64,000 nt of DNA, from the NCBI RefSeq assembly GCF_009914755.1, contig NC_060930.1. One strand, 5' to 3'. Shown here one piece after another: positions 1 through 20,641 of the stretch (position 1 is its first letter; each line of letters starts with the position of its first letter). The translations under genes were made by a program, and so were the position numbers. The notes beneath the pieces were generated by a model. The model was not told the origin of the DNA. It saw only the letters and a list, made by a program, of their open reading frames with translations, and made no database searches. Origin of the DNA: the human T2T-CHM13v2.0 reference genome, Homo sapiens.

Positions 1-91
1 GGCCAGCACTTTGGGAGGCCAAGGTGGGCAGATCACAAGGTCAGGAGATTGAGACCATCCTGGCCAACATGGTGAAACCCCGTCTCTACTA

Positions 92-985
<894 letters not shown>

Positions 986-1749
986 TTTATAAAGGATTCC
1001 AATTTGGATAATAAATTACATGGTCATCTTCTCTCCAGGGAGGCCTCTAACACGAGTGATTGAGAGCACGGGGGCTTTGAAGTTGACAAACCTGGGTGTG
1101 AATCCCACCTCTACCACTTGTGTGTGACCGGGGGAAATTATCTGATTCCTCATCTGCAAAATAGGGGAGTACTATCTACCTCAGAGGGCATGAAAAGTGC
1201 AAGGAGACCCCCAACCTCCATGTTGAAAGTGCTTAACTTTTAGTAGATATTTACATTGGCAAAAATCTGGTACATGGTGGATGGATGGACAGAGGGATGG
1301 ATGGTGTAAGCTTGAAGCAACTCAAGATTCAGAGAGCAAATTATACCCATTCCTTCAAACAAGATGTTCTCCTTAAAAGGCTGGCCTCAACGTCCAAGCA
1401 AAGCAGGGGACCAAGATCACCACTGCCACCCATTCTGTTCAGTCATTCAATCCCCTTGCTAGTGTTCTGTGCCTCACAGGGCACAGCTCTAGGCTAAGCT
1501 TCCTGGAGAATAATGGGGGAGAACTCAGGATCTCCACTTTCAGGAGTTTCCCCTCAGCAGAGGGAAGCTGGTCATGTGCAGGGGAAGAGGACAGCACACA
1601 CAAAGGCCAAGGAAAGAAGCACAGGCTGAGCAGAAGCAACCCTCGTTTCTGAGCAAACAATCCAGGGGAGGTCAACTCTGCTGTCTCCATGAGATGTGGG
1701 GACATCGGATGCTGAGCCCTGTCAAACAATCCCAGCAATGCCTTCATCA

Positions 1750-1917
<168 letters not shown>

Positions 1918-1920
1918 TCA

Positions 1921-2181
<261 letters not shown>

Positions 2182-2671
2182 TTACGTTAGCCTTCCGAAC
2201 TGCTCCTCCACAGCTCCTTCATTGCCTCCCTCTAGATAAGCCAAGTCCCTGTCTGCTCATACACCTCCTCTATTCCTTCAGCCTCAGCTTTGACATTGCT
2301 CCAGCTCTACCCTCCACCCCAAACTCCCAGCCCACATCCCCACCTGGATGTCACACCCGGTACCTCAAACTCAAGATGCTCAAATCCTGTCCCTGTCCCT
2401 TCTCTTGTGTATTGTGTGTCAGTTCACAGTGATCTGCTGAGTCACCCAAGCTGAAAATGCTGACATCATTCTTTCTCAGCTCCTCCTGCTCCTACAGTTT
2501 CCACATCAACCTGTAAGCAGGACCTGTCATCAATACTTCCAAAATGTCTCTGGAATCTGGTCCTTCCACTCAGTGCTCAGGTGCTCCCATCTAATACTTG
2601 GACTCCTGCAATAGCCTCTCTTCCACCAGTTACCATCTCTAACCTGTGCTCCCCACAACTGCCCAAGCAGT

Positions 2672-3622
<951 letters not shown>

Positions 3623-4845
3623 AAAAATAATTTTTTTAAAGGCTGCCATGACATGACCTAAATTCTCCGTCCAGCCTTATCTTTGCTTCCCCAACACACA
3701 GGCATCTACTCTCCAGGTCCCTGAGTGGCCCAGCATTGATGCTTTTGCTCAGCTCACACACTTCTTTCTGCCTAAAATCCTTCCCCAATCTCCACCTCTT
3801 GAAATGCTCCATGTCCTTCAAGGCCAACTCAAATATCACCTCTGCAAAGAGCCCCAGAGGTGGCTTGAAGGAAGCTCTTGAAGGAGCTTGAAGGAAGGTG
3901 TGATGTGAGACACACAGGTTGCCCACAGAGGCTACCCTAATTGCTGACTAGTAAAGGGGAATTTGCCTTGGCCAAGTCACACTATTTCAGGGTCTGGGTC
4001 TCAGCTTTACATAAGGAAAAGTGTGCTTTATTGAAGCTGCCTGAAGAGTACACACAATCTCACTGTCTCTAATACAGACCACAGAAATGAATACACAAAG
4101 CAGAAAAGCAGAGGCAACAAGTGAAGCTGGATACCAAGGCAGGCAATCAGCCATGCTGTCCTTGACACAGGAGGCCAAACTCCAATCAGAGGGGGAGGTG
4201 GTGAACGTGGAACCACTTGCTAAGGCAGCTACTGTGTCCCACAAAACATGGTAAAGAAGCATGGTTCAAGAGGTATGAGTCAAGAGTTACAGAACCTGGG
4301 TTTGAAACCTAGCTCTGCCACTTAGTCTGTGACTCTGGATAACTTACCTGGACTCCATCAAATGGAGGAAGAAACCATCAAATAGTCCCCTTTGAGCTGG
4401 CTGTTCCCTCTGCCTGGACCACTCTTTCCCTAGATCTCCACATAGCTCCTTTCCTCACTTCCCTCAGTCTCTGCTCCATTTTCACCTTTCCTGATCTTCT
4501 GAGATAAAACAGGGACTCTTCCCCCCACCTCTAGCACTGTCCATCATCTTTACCCTGCCATATCCCCAGTGCCTGGACCAGGGCCTAGCCAGAGGGAAGT
4601 AATCAATAAATATTAGTAGAATGGATGAATAAAGTATACCCACCCCACAGAGTTGTGAAGATGTTTTGAACTGAGCTTGACCCACAGTAAAGCTCCGTAA
4701 ATGTTAAACCTTATTAGAAGAGCCTCCTGCTGAGAGCATGCCACATACCAGGCACCCAGAGATGCCCAAGAGGTATTGGGGGGTTAAGGGTTTCCCAGTC
4801 TTGTTGGAAAGACAGAAGCTTCAGGAGAGGAGCACTTCCTCCAGC

Positions 4846-5105
4846 GTGTGTATGTGTGTGTGTGTGAGTATGTGTGAATGTGTGTGAGTCTGTGTGTGTG
4901 AATGTGTGTGTGAATGTGTGTGAGTCTGTGTGTGTATGTGTGAATGTGTGTGAGTGTGTGTGTGCATGTGTGAATGTGTGTGTCTGTGTGTGAATGTGTT
5001 TGTGTGTATGTGTGAATGTGTGAGTCTGTGTGTGAGTGTGTGTGAGTGTGTGTGAATGTGTGTGTGTGTGAGTGTGTGTGTGTGTGAGTGTGTATGTGTG
5101 TGCAT
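4846..5105. repeat. Degenerate (TG)n microsatellite, ~260 bp, with recurring TGTGAA/TGAGTC variants
   Basis: Directly visible. It explains the His/Thr-rich ORFs 4714-5115 and 4821-5225. Confidence 0.95.
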
Positions 5106-5447
5106 GCACATGCACACAGTCTTCTTCCAGGGAAGACAGCGATGCTGCTTACTGCTGCTTGAGCTGCATCCTGAGTGGGAACTAACTAGGTGAGGAGAGA
5201 GCATCTGGCCTATGTGGTTCAGCACTGCCAGCAGACCCAGCAGGTTGGGTGCATGACAGCAGGGTGGCAGGAGTCTGCAAGAGACCTGGACTTGTCCCCT
5301 AAAGGGAGCAGAGGGCTGTTACAGGGTTTCATCTGAACCACACCCTGAGTGCTAAGCATTAAGGTTTGGGAACCAGTAAGTAGAGAGCAGTTAAGAGGTT
5401 CTTGCAAGAACCTAGTGAGAAGTTCCAAGGGCAGCTTGTGAGAATAA

Positions 5448-5932
<485 letters not shown>

Positions 5933-6741
5933 CAATAATAGGTAACTTCTAAGACCCATAGCCAGTAAGACGCCCAGCTAGGATGTGAACTCCAGTCCTG
6001 TCTGAGAACACCTCTCCCACTCCCCTGGATTGCCTTGATGCCTTGAGTCAGGACCTCAGGAGTGCACGCCTCTGGAAGTCCTTAGCACAGGCAGCTGTGC
6101 CCCGAAGTGGATGCAGTCATCCTGGGAATACGGGGAGAGTGGAATGCAAGGAACATCCACATTTAAGGGGTAGGTGGAGAAACGGAAGGAAACAGAACAG
6201 CCAGGAAGGTCAGGAGAAACCAGAAGCCACGGGAAAGAGTTAATACCAGATCACAATGCTGCCAGGGCCAGGAACCCTCCCTCAGCTCACAAAGTATCAG
6301 ACTAACTGGCCCAAGCGCCCTCCCACCCCAAAGGACACATTCTTCCTTTTGATATGTTAATCGATGCCGTAGGGTTAAGGTCGAACTTTCACTAGCTCGG
6401 AGCCTTTGTGTCTCTTTAAATCCGCTTGCATATCTTTGTCTGACCCATTATGTACAGATTTTACAGTTTACATCTGAGTTAATTATCTTAATTTAAATTT
6501 CTGGGAAGATTCTTCCAGGCTGACCTCCTGCTGTATGGGATATGGCAAAATAACTTAGGCCTTTAGACTGAGAGCTTAATTAAAATATGGGCTGTGCTGT
6601 GTGACCTTGGCCAAATTACTTAAACCTCAGTGTTCCTGCCTGTAAAATGGGGATAATATAAATTGCATTTAGGGATGGTTATGAGAATAAGAGAAAATAC
6701 CTAAGATGTCCAGTTTATAGTATGTGCTGTTATTATTATGT

Positions 6742-7115
6742 TTAGTGCTTGGCTTCAGGTCCTGATCACCTGGTAAGCTTGTTAATTCTGATGGCCACCT
6801 TCTGGGCAACACAGAGATATCCGAGCTCCACAAAAACTAAAATCAGCCAGATATGGTGGTGCATGCCTGTAGTCCCAGTTATAGGCTGAGGTGGGAGGAT
6901 CCCTGGAGCCCAGGAGGTCGAGGCTGCAATGACCCATAATTGCCACCACTACACTCTAGCCTGGGCGACAGTGAAACCCTGTCTCAAAAAAAAAAGAGAA
7001 TTCTGATGGCCCTGTTATACTCCCAGAACTGAAAATCAGAATCTTAGGCATGGAGCCCAGGTTCTATATGTTTATCTCCAGGTGATTCCGAAACACATCC
7101 AGGGCTGAGAACCAC
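6742..7115. mobile_element. MER5-like MITE interrupted by a 5'-truncated AluJ (6797-6998, +)
   Basis: TSD aattctgatggcc at 6784 and 6999. MER5-like 'aatcagaatctt...ccaggtgattc...ggctgagaaccac'. Confidence 0.6.
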
Positions 7116-7737
7116 AAGCACACCCTCCCCTCCCCACCCAACCAGGAATTATGTTCTCCTTCTGTTGTCTGTATATCTCCATACAGAATTTACCACAGTC
7201 TATCAGTAAACTGTCTCTTAGTTAGGCAGGTCTGTCTATCCCATAGCTAGAAATTCTGAGGGTCAGCTCCCTTCTAGACTGGATGTGGTTATTCCCAAAT
7301 CAACCATCTACTGAGTCATGCCTCTTCATCCATTACAATAATTTCATTTTAGAGGGGAACCCAAGCTTTTTGATTTATTAATTTATTCACTCATTTGCAG
7401 TTGACCCCTTAAGCCCTCTACAGCATGAATAATTGAGAATTCACACAAATTCTGGGGTGAGACTAGAACAAATGGAAAGAGAAGTTTAACACAAGTTGAC
7501 GCAAGTCTCTAGGTATTAATAACTGCTCCATAATTAATAATAATATAACAATAGTTATATAGCATGCTTTGTGTCAGGCCTTGTTTTAAGTGCCGGCTAA
7601 CCATAGGTCGAAGGCTTCCTGGATTCCCTAGCAGAGGAATGAATGACATGAAAGGAAATTCCTCTAGGAAAAAAACAAAACAAAACATTTTTGAGGTTTT
7701 CTTTGTCTCACCTCTGGTTTCAGACCCATGGTTCCTT

Positions 7738-7748
7738 TGCTGAGTCAT
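7738..7748 (-). promoter_or_regulatory. Perfect CNC-sMaf ARE/MARE motif (TGCTGAGTCAT)
   Basis: Exact match to the NRF2/NFE2/BACH consensus. Motif only; function not shown. Confidence 0.35.
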
Positions 7749-8081
7749 GGAGAACGGCATTTTGAAAGGGGGAAGGCGGAGGAGTGTCACCTTCCTATTC
7801 CCAGGGCAGCAGAGTCACCAAGGCTAGACAGCCACATTTTCATCCTACCCTAAGTCTCTTCAATGAATACATAATAATATTAATGAATGCTTGAATGAAA
7901 AATTAATAAGTAATTCAACAAGCACTTACTGATTCCCTCTGAAAGCTTTGGAATCAAATATCCCTGGATTTGATTCCTACCTCTGTCACTTATGACACTG
8001 GGCAAGTGACTAAGCCTCGATTTCTTCATCTATAAAAGGAGCTGGGCCAGGACATATCAGCAAGTTCCTTCTCAACTCTCT

Positions 8082-8228
8082 AGTCCAGGCTTCTTAGACA
8101 ATAACCTGCACATGAATCATTTGGAACTTTGGTAAATGCAGATGCTAATTCAACGCTTCCGGGTAGAGCCCGGGAATCTGCATTTCTATCCATCTCCCGC
8201 AGCAGCTGCTGGGACACACCTTGAGTAG
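8082..8228. mobile_element. MER5-family hAT-Charlie MITE
   Basis: 'gaatcatttggaactttggtaaatgcagatgctaattca...ggaatctgcatttcta' is typical of MER5A/B. Confidence 0.65.
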
Positions 8229-8599
8229 TGAAGATCACACTTGGAGTCCACACTGAGGCAATTTTTAGCTGTTCTCACTCACAGACTTTCTTATCCATTG
8301 TATCAATTTTAGTGCGTCAAAGTGACTTGCAGAACCTGTTAACTATGCAGCTGCGTGATTCTTTCCCCAGTCCCCAGAATCAAAGTCTCAGACACACCCT
8401 GGTGGTTCTAACCCCCACTAATGTCCACATCCTTCAAGGTGGTTATTTATTTGCCTTCTCCAGCCTTCCCTTGAGTAGGCCAAATCATTCTAAATGCTTC
8501 AAATGTTTTTGCACCCAGGATTTTGTAATAAATTCCCTTTAAAAGGTCAGACATTTATGAGAAGGGAGTTTAATTATTAGTCTTTTCTGAATGTAAACC

Positions 8600-10394
<1,795 letters not shown>

Positions 10395-10644
10395 TCACAG
10401 ATCTACCACTTGCTTCTTGTGTGCTGTGTGGCCTGAGAAAAGTTACTTAATCTCCCTGAACCTCAGTTGTTTGCTCTAAAATGGAATGGTGAGCTGGGCA
10501 TGGTGGTGAACGCCTGTAGTCCCAGCTACTTGGGCGGCTTAGCTGGAACTGCTTAAGCCCAGGAGTTCAAGTCCAGCCTAAGCAACATAGCAGGACCTCG
10601 TATCTAAGAAAAATAAAATAAAATAGGCCAGGCGCGGTGGCTCA

Positions 10645-10991
<347 letters not shown>

Positions 10992-11223
10992 TTAAATAAG
11001 ATGCTGAATGCAAAGTGCCAATTTTGTGGCCATCTTAATAAGCCTGTGGTGAGAAGACAATTGAGACAGTGAGAGGTTCATTTGAGGTCACATAGCAGAG
11101 TGAATGTCCTTTAGAAAGAATCTGGATTTGAAGTTTATATTAACAACCTCACTTCCTCTCAATCTCCCATCCCTTTCAAAACAGGAAGTAAACAGCAAGC
11201 CTGTATTATGGAAGTAAATCTAA

Positions 11224-11884
<661 letters not shown>

Positions 11885-12055
11885 TAACTACGTTGCCTAG
11901 ACTGGACTTGAACTCCTGGGCTCAAGTGATCCTCCCATCCTCCCGCCTCAGCCTCTGAGTAGCTGGGACTACAGGTACCTGCCACTGAGCCTGGCTCCAA
12001 GATGATAATTATGTATTTATAATCCCCATTTTGTGGATAAGGAAACAGAGGCTGA

Positions 12056-12385
<330 letters not shown>

Positions 12386-12510
12386 TGAGCCACCGCACCC
12401 GGCCTTCCTTTTTCTTTATTTTTGGTGTGATCACACATTGCATTTACTTGTCGTATCTCCTTAGTCTCATTTGCCCCAATTTTAAAATAAGGTAGAAAAG
12501 AGATACTTCC

Positions 12511-12868
<358 letters not shown>

Positions 12869-14134
12869 CTAACATTCTGTAAGTGAGCCCATTCTGTATA
12901 CACATAATTCAGCTAACTGAATGTGTTCTTGCTGATTTTTCTGAAGATTTTCCCCTAGAGCTACAACGTCCTCTGCTTATACTACATCATGAAGGCTGCA
13001 AAGAATATGTGGTGGTAAACATGATGTGGCCATGGAGTTTAGATAGCCTTGGCTCTGAATCCCAGCTCCATCAAGCCCCGGTTATGTGACCTTGGACACA
13101 TAACCAGGCTTCACCTCTTAAAGCCTCCTTTTCCTCCTTTATAAAATGGTGGTTGCATAAAGGTTCCCATCACCTAAAGCTGTTGTGACAGAGATGGCGC
13201 CTGGAAAGTGCACAGTACTGTGCTGAGGACTCAGCATTACTACGTTTGATAGCCTCACGCCTCCTTGTCTGTTTTGGGTCTGAATGTAGAATTTGAGGGG
13301 GTAACATCAAAGGGAGACTGAGGTGCAGTGGCTCATGGCTGTAATCCTAGCCCTTTGGAAGGCTGAGATGGGAGGATCGCTTGATCTCAGAAGTTCAAGA
13401 CCAGCCTGGGCAACAGAGTGAAACCCCATCTCTACAAAAAATTTACATATATATATATATATTTAAAAATTAAAAATATATATATATATGACTGAGTTGG
13501 AGAGGGGCAGAAGGGGCAAGGGACATGGGATGGCCAGATGGTGTGATTCCAGATGAATGCACATGGCTAAGCTGGGGAAGAGAACAGCTTTCCTCTCTGC
13601 CCAACCCCACCCATGTGTGTCTGGGTAATGTCAATGAGACGTTGGGCTGGAAAATGGTAGAGAACACTAAAATATCCAAAGGGGGAATTACAGTTATTTC
13701 TGAAATGCATCCCCAAATTTTCTGTCTCAACAGGCAATGACAAATCCCTGGGGTAAAACACAGTCTGTTCTTCCCTTCTCTCTAACACCCGCACAATTCC
13801 TAATCAGAATTTCATTCTCCACTTAAGCAGTCAATCCAAAGCCTCCAATTCTTCCAGCTTCTGAAAGTTCAGCTCATCTGCCCTAAATCCTTTAAAATAA
13901 ACAAACTGATAAGCCAAACAACATTCCTGCCATTTCTCTTTTTTAAAATCTTAGCATTTTATAATAGTTTAAAAATGGAAACAATCAAAATATCCAACCA
14001 TAGAGGACTCATTAAATAATTATAACCTTATAATAGAATATTGCTCTATAATAGAAAATTGTACTATGTTATATAGACTACTGTACTATAATGTTCCATA
14101 TTATGATTGAATATTAAAAGCAACCATGGATGTA

Positions 14135-14818
<684 letters not shown>

Positions 14819-15301
14819 CTATCATTCGTGCACCCACACCCCACTTCCAACTCCACGAGTGATTTCTAAATATAAACACACATCCAAGTCACTTAGAGTG
14901 CACCATCTTGAAAAGGAACACCTGTGCTACACCAGATGTATAACATCAGCATGCATCCATCTCAGGTGGGCTTTCTGGCAGGGGGTATCATCATCATCAT
15001 TAAGAACTGGGTAACCAGGTGCCAGCCCCCTCCCCTCTAATAGAAGTAGCTGGGGGTTGCTAGGGCTCACTCAGTGTACAGTGAGCCCGTGATGGTGCAT
15101 TCTGCCTTTGAACTTGACTGGAAACCCACAGCTGTCTGCAGAGGGCTCCTGATGGAGGGTCCCAAGTGCCCATGCTATTACTCAACAACAGCCCAACTTA
15201 GCCGGGTCACAGAGAGGCAGCCACCTGTTGAACCCACAGCACCGTTCAGTTCCCATCTTAGTTCTTCCTCTGGGTAAACTCTGACACTATTATCAATTTA
15301 A

Positions 15302-15655
<354 letters not shown>

Positions 15656-16715
15656 TGAGCCACCGTGCCTGGCCCCCACAGTTCTTGGCTTCCAACAGAA
15701 TTAGGGTAATTCATATGGTACATTATACTTTTCAAAGAGTTTATACATACATGATTGTCATAATTTACATGTATATAATGCTTAACTATTTTAGAAAGCA
15801 CTTTCTCTTCCACTAACTGATTCATCTTCACAAGAACACTGTGAGCTTCGAGTTGGAGAAACTCCAGCAAGGGAGAGGTGAAACCGTGGAGATGGGTGTT
15901 GCCTATGGAGGTTGGCTCTGTGGCTGCATGGGTGGTGCAACCCAAGCGAGGGTATCTCATTCCCAGGCCCACCTCCTCAGCCTCACAGGCTCCAAAATAT
16001 AAGCTGGCAATACATCCAGAGTGGCCCTACTCCCAGGCTGGACTCATGGTAACCAGCACCCTAAGACAGTGGCACACCCCCACGGCCACATCTAAACAGA
16101 TGGTGGTAAACAGAGGTGCTGGGGGCCTCGGCTGGCACATTATCTTACTGTAGGATCTTCCCCAGGGGTAGTCAGTGGGGAATCCCAAGGGGACTTACTT
16201 GGTGGGTGATGGAGAATTAAGGGAGGCAGCCAAAGGGTTCCAGGGACTCACTGGGAGTAGTGAAAATTTCCAGGCCACGCCAGGCTACCTCTCCACTCAC
16301 TGACTTCTTGCTTGCTTGACTTTTTTTTTTTTTTTTTAAGTATCGAGGGCTAATGAACATTTCTTCCTAGATATGTGAATTTTGTGGGCTAGTGACAACC
16401 AAGCCTTGATTGGAAGCCATTCTGTTTTTGTCTGTTTTTTTTGAGACAGGGTTTTGCTTTATCACTGAGGCTGGAGTGTGGTGGCCTGATCATGGCTCAC
16501 TGCAGCCTCGAACTCTCAGGCTCAAGCAGTCCTCCCAGATCCTCAGAGGGTTGAGTCAGGAGGATCACTTGAGCCCAAAAGTTCAAGACCAAGCCTGGGC
16601 AACATACCAAGACTCTGTCTCTATAAAAAAAAATTTTAAATTAGCTGGGTCTGGCCGGGCGCTGTGGCTCACACCTGTAATCCCAGCACTTTGGGAGGCT
16701 GAGGTGGGCGGATCA

Positions 16716-16930
<215 letters not shown>

Positions 16931-17924
16931 TCAAAAAAAGAAAAAAAAAAATTAGCTGGGTGTGATAACACACACCTGTTATTCCAGATACTCTGGGGCT
17001 TGAGATAGGAGGATGGCTTGAGCCCAGGAGTGTGTTGCAAGCCTGTGCAACACAGCGAGACCACCATCTCCATGAAAACTTCAAAAATTAGCCAGGTGTG
17101 GTGGCACACACCTGTAGTCTCAGAAACTTGGGGACTTGAAGCGGGAGGATTGCTTGAGCTGAGGAGGTCAAGGCTACCGTGAGCCGTGATTGAGCCAGTC
17201 TGGGTGACAGAGGAAGACCCCCATCACTAAAAATAAAAACGGTCTCAGTCACTGTGGCTTTTAGATGCATTATTCTTACTCCCATTTTATATATGAAGAA
17301 ATTGAGGCTTTGATAAGTTGTGATAACAAAACTGTCTTTGATATATGAAGGATATCAGACTATAAGCTCCTGGGGGCTAGATACCCCCAGACTCACCTCA
17401 ATGACGCCTCCTGGCCCACAGCACACAGCACAGAGCTTTCCCATCAGCGTACACTTGCTAATTTGAATGGAAGGATGCTTGAGGCTGCTGTTTGTTCAGG
17501 GTCATAGGGCAGCAGTCCCTAAACCAGACTGACTCACTGCCAGGAGTGTATATGCAAAGAACTGTACAACAGTTGTAGCAGCAGAGCTGTGCTGATCCGC
17601 CTACATCTTTTACCCACTCTCCTATCCAAAAGCTCGCGTTTGTTGAATGACTCATTGGCATAAGGAATCCAGCCTGCAGCCCTGAGAGAATCTCAGGGTC
17701 AGAAAGGGGTCTCAGAGGCACCTAATTCAACCTAACCAAAATATTCATTTTCCCCACAACCATACTTCCCAGAAATTTACATTTCAAAGACCAATAAAAT
17801 TTCCCCCAAAATTTTGAGACCAAAAAGTAAGGTTGTTGCCAAGTAAGGTTATGAGAGAAAAAACCCATAGTCTATATATACTGCATTTCATAAAATAAAG
17901 AATGCCTGAACACCAAACCGTTGA

Positions 17925-18200
<276 letters not shown>

Positions 18201-18382
18201 TAGGCCTCCCAAAGTGTTAGGATTACAGGCGCGAACCACCATGCCCAGCCAACTGTACTTTAAATGGAATGCATTTTCTTATATGAAAAATTCAGTGCAT
18301 TATCTGGTGGACACTAATTTGGAACCACAGTCCTTTACCAGCCTCCCGAATCGACCATGAAGCCCTTGTTTGAACTTCTTCA

Positions 18383-18655
<273 letters not shown>

Positions 18656-18771
18656 CTAACCATTAAGATTTTTTTTTGACAGGGCGTGGTGGCTCATGCC
18701 TGTAATCCCAGCACTTTGGGAGGCCGAGACGGGTGGATCACGAGGTCAGGAGATCGAGACCATCCTGGCTA

Positions 18772-18954
<183 letters not shown>

Positions 18955-18957
18955 TCA

Positions 18958-19242
<285 letters not shown>

Positions 19243-19481
19243 CTATCTACTGATCTGGCGTCCTGTGCTTCTTTCATGAAAGCTATGACTTGTGCCCCTG
19301 TTTTACACCCAGAGAGAAATACTCTAAATATTACTATTGGTCATCTCTATATGGGTGGTTAGGGGTGATTTAAAATCCTTTCTTTAAAAATGTTATTTAT
19401 TTTCTACAATGACATGTTGCATTTCTATACTTAGGAAAAAAGTGAAAAAAATTTAAATCTCACTCCTACTACATATGATCC

Positions 19482-20228
<747 letters not shown>

Positions 20229-20591
20229 CTATATATATATGTATATATATATATGGATCTATTTATCTATCTCTCTTCAAACCAGGCATAGGAAATGTTT
20301 GAAAAAAATTCCTTAGCAAATCCTTAACAGTGATCACTCCTGTGGAGTCTGTCTGGGGAAGGTGGGTGTTGAGAAACTTTTATTTTTTTTGTTTTTTAAT
20401 AGAGACTGGGTCTTGCCATGTTACCCAGCCTAGCCACCAACTCCTGGTCTCAAGTGATCCCCCTGCCTCGGCCCCCTAGAGTGCTGGCATTACAGGTGGG
20501 AGCCACTGTGCCCAGCCAAGTTTCACTTCTTTACTTGGTATATTTCTACATGGTTTGTTTATTTAACAATGAACATATGCTGCTTTCAAAA

Positions 20592-20592
<1 letters not shown>

Positions 20593-20638
<46 letters not shown>
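20593..20638. repeat. Perfect (CA)n microsatellite
   Basis: About 23 uninterrupted CA units. Confidence 0.97.

Positions 20639-20641
<3 letters not shown>

Noticed and set aside
4714-5225. His/Thr-rich ORFs
   Set aside because: They are translations of the (CA/TG)n repeat.
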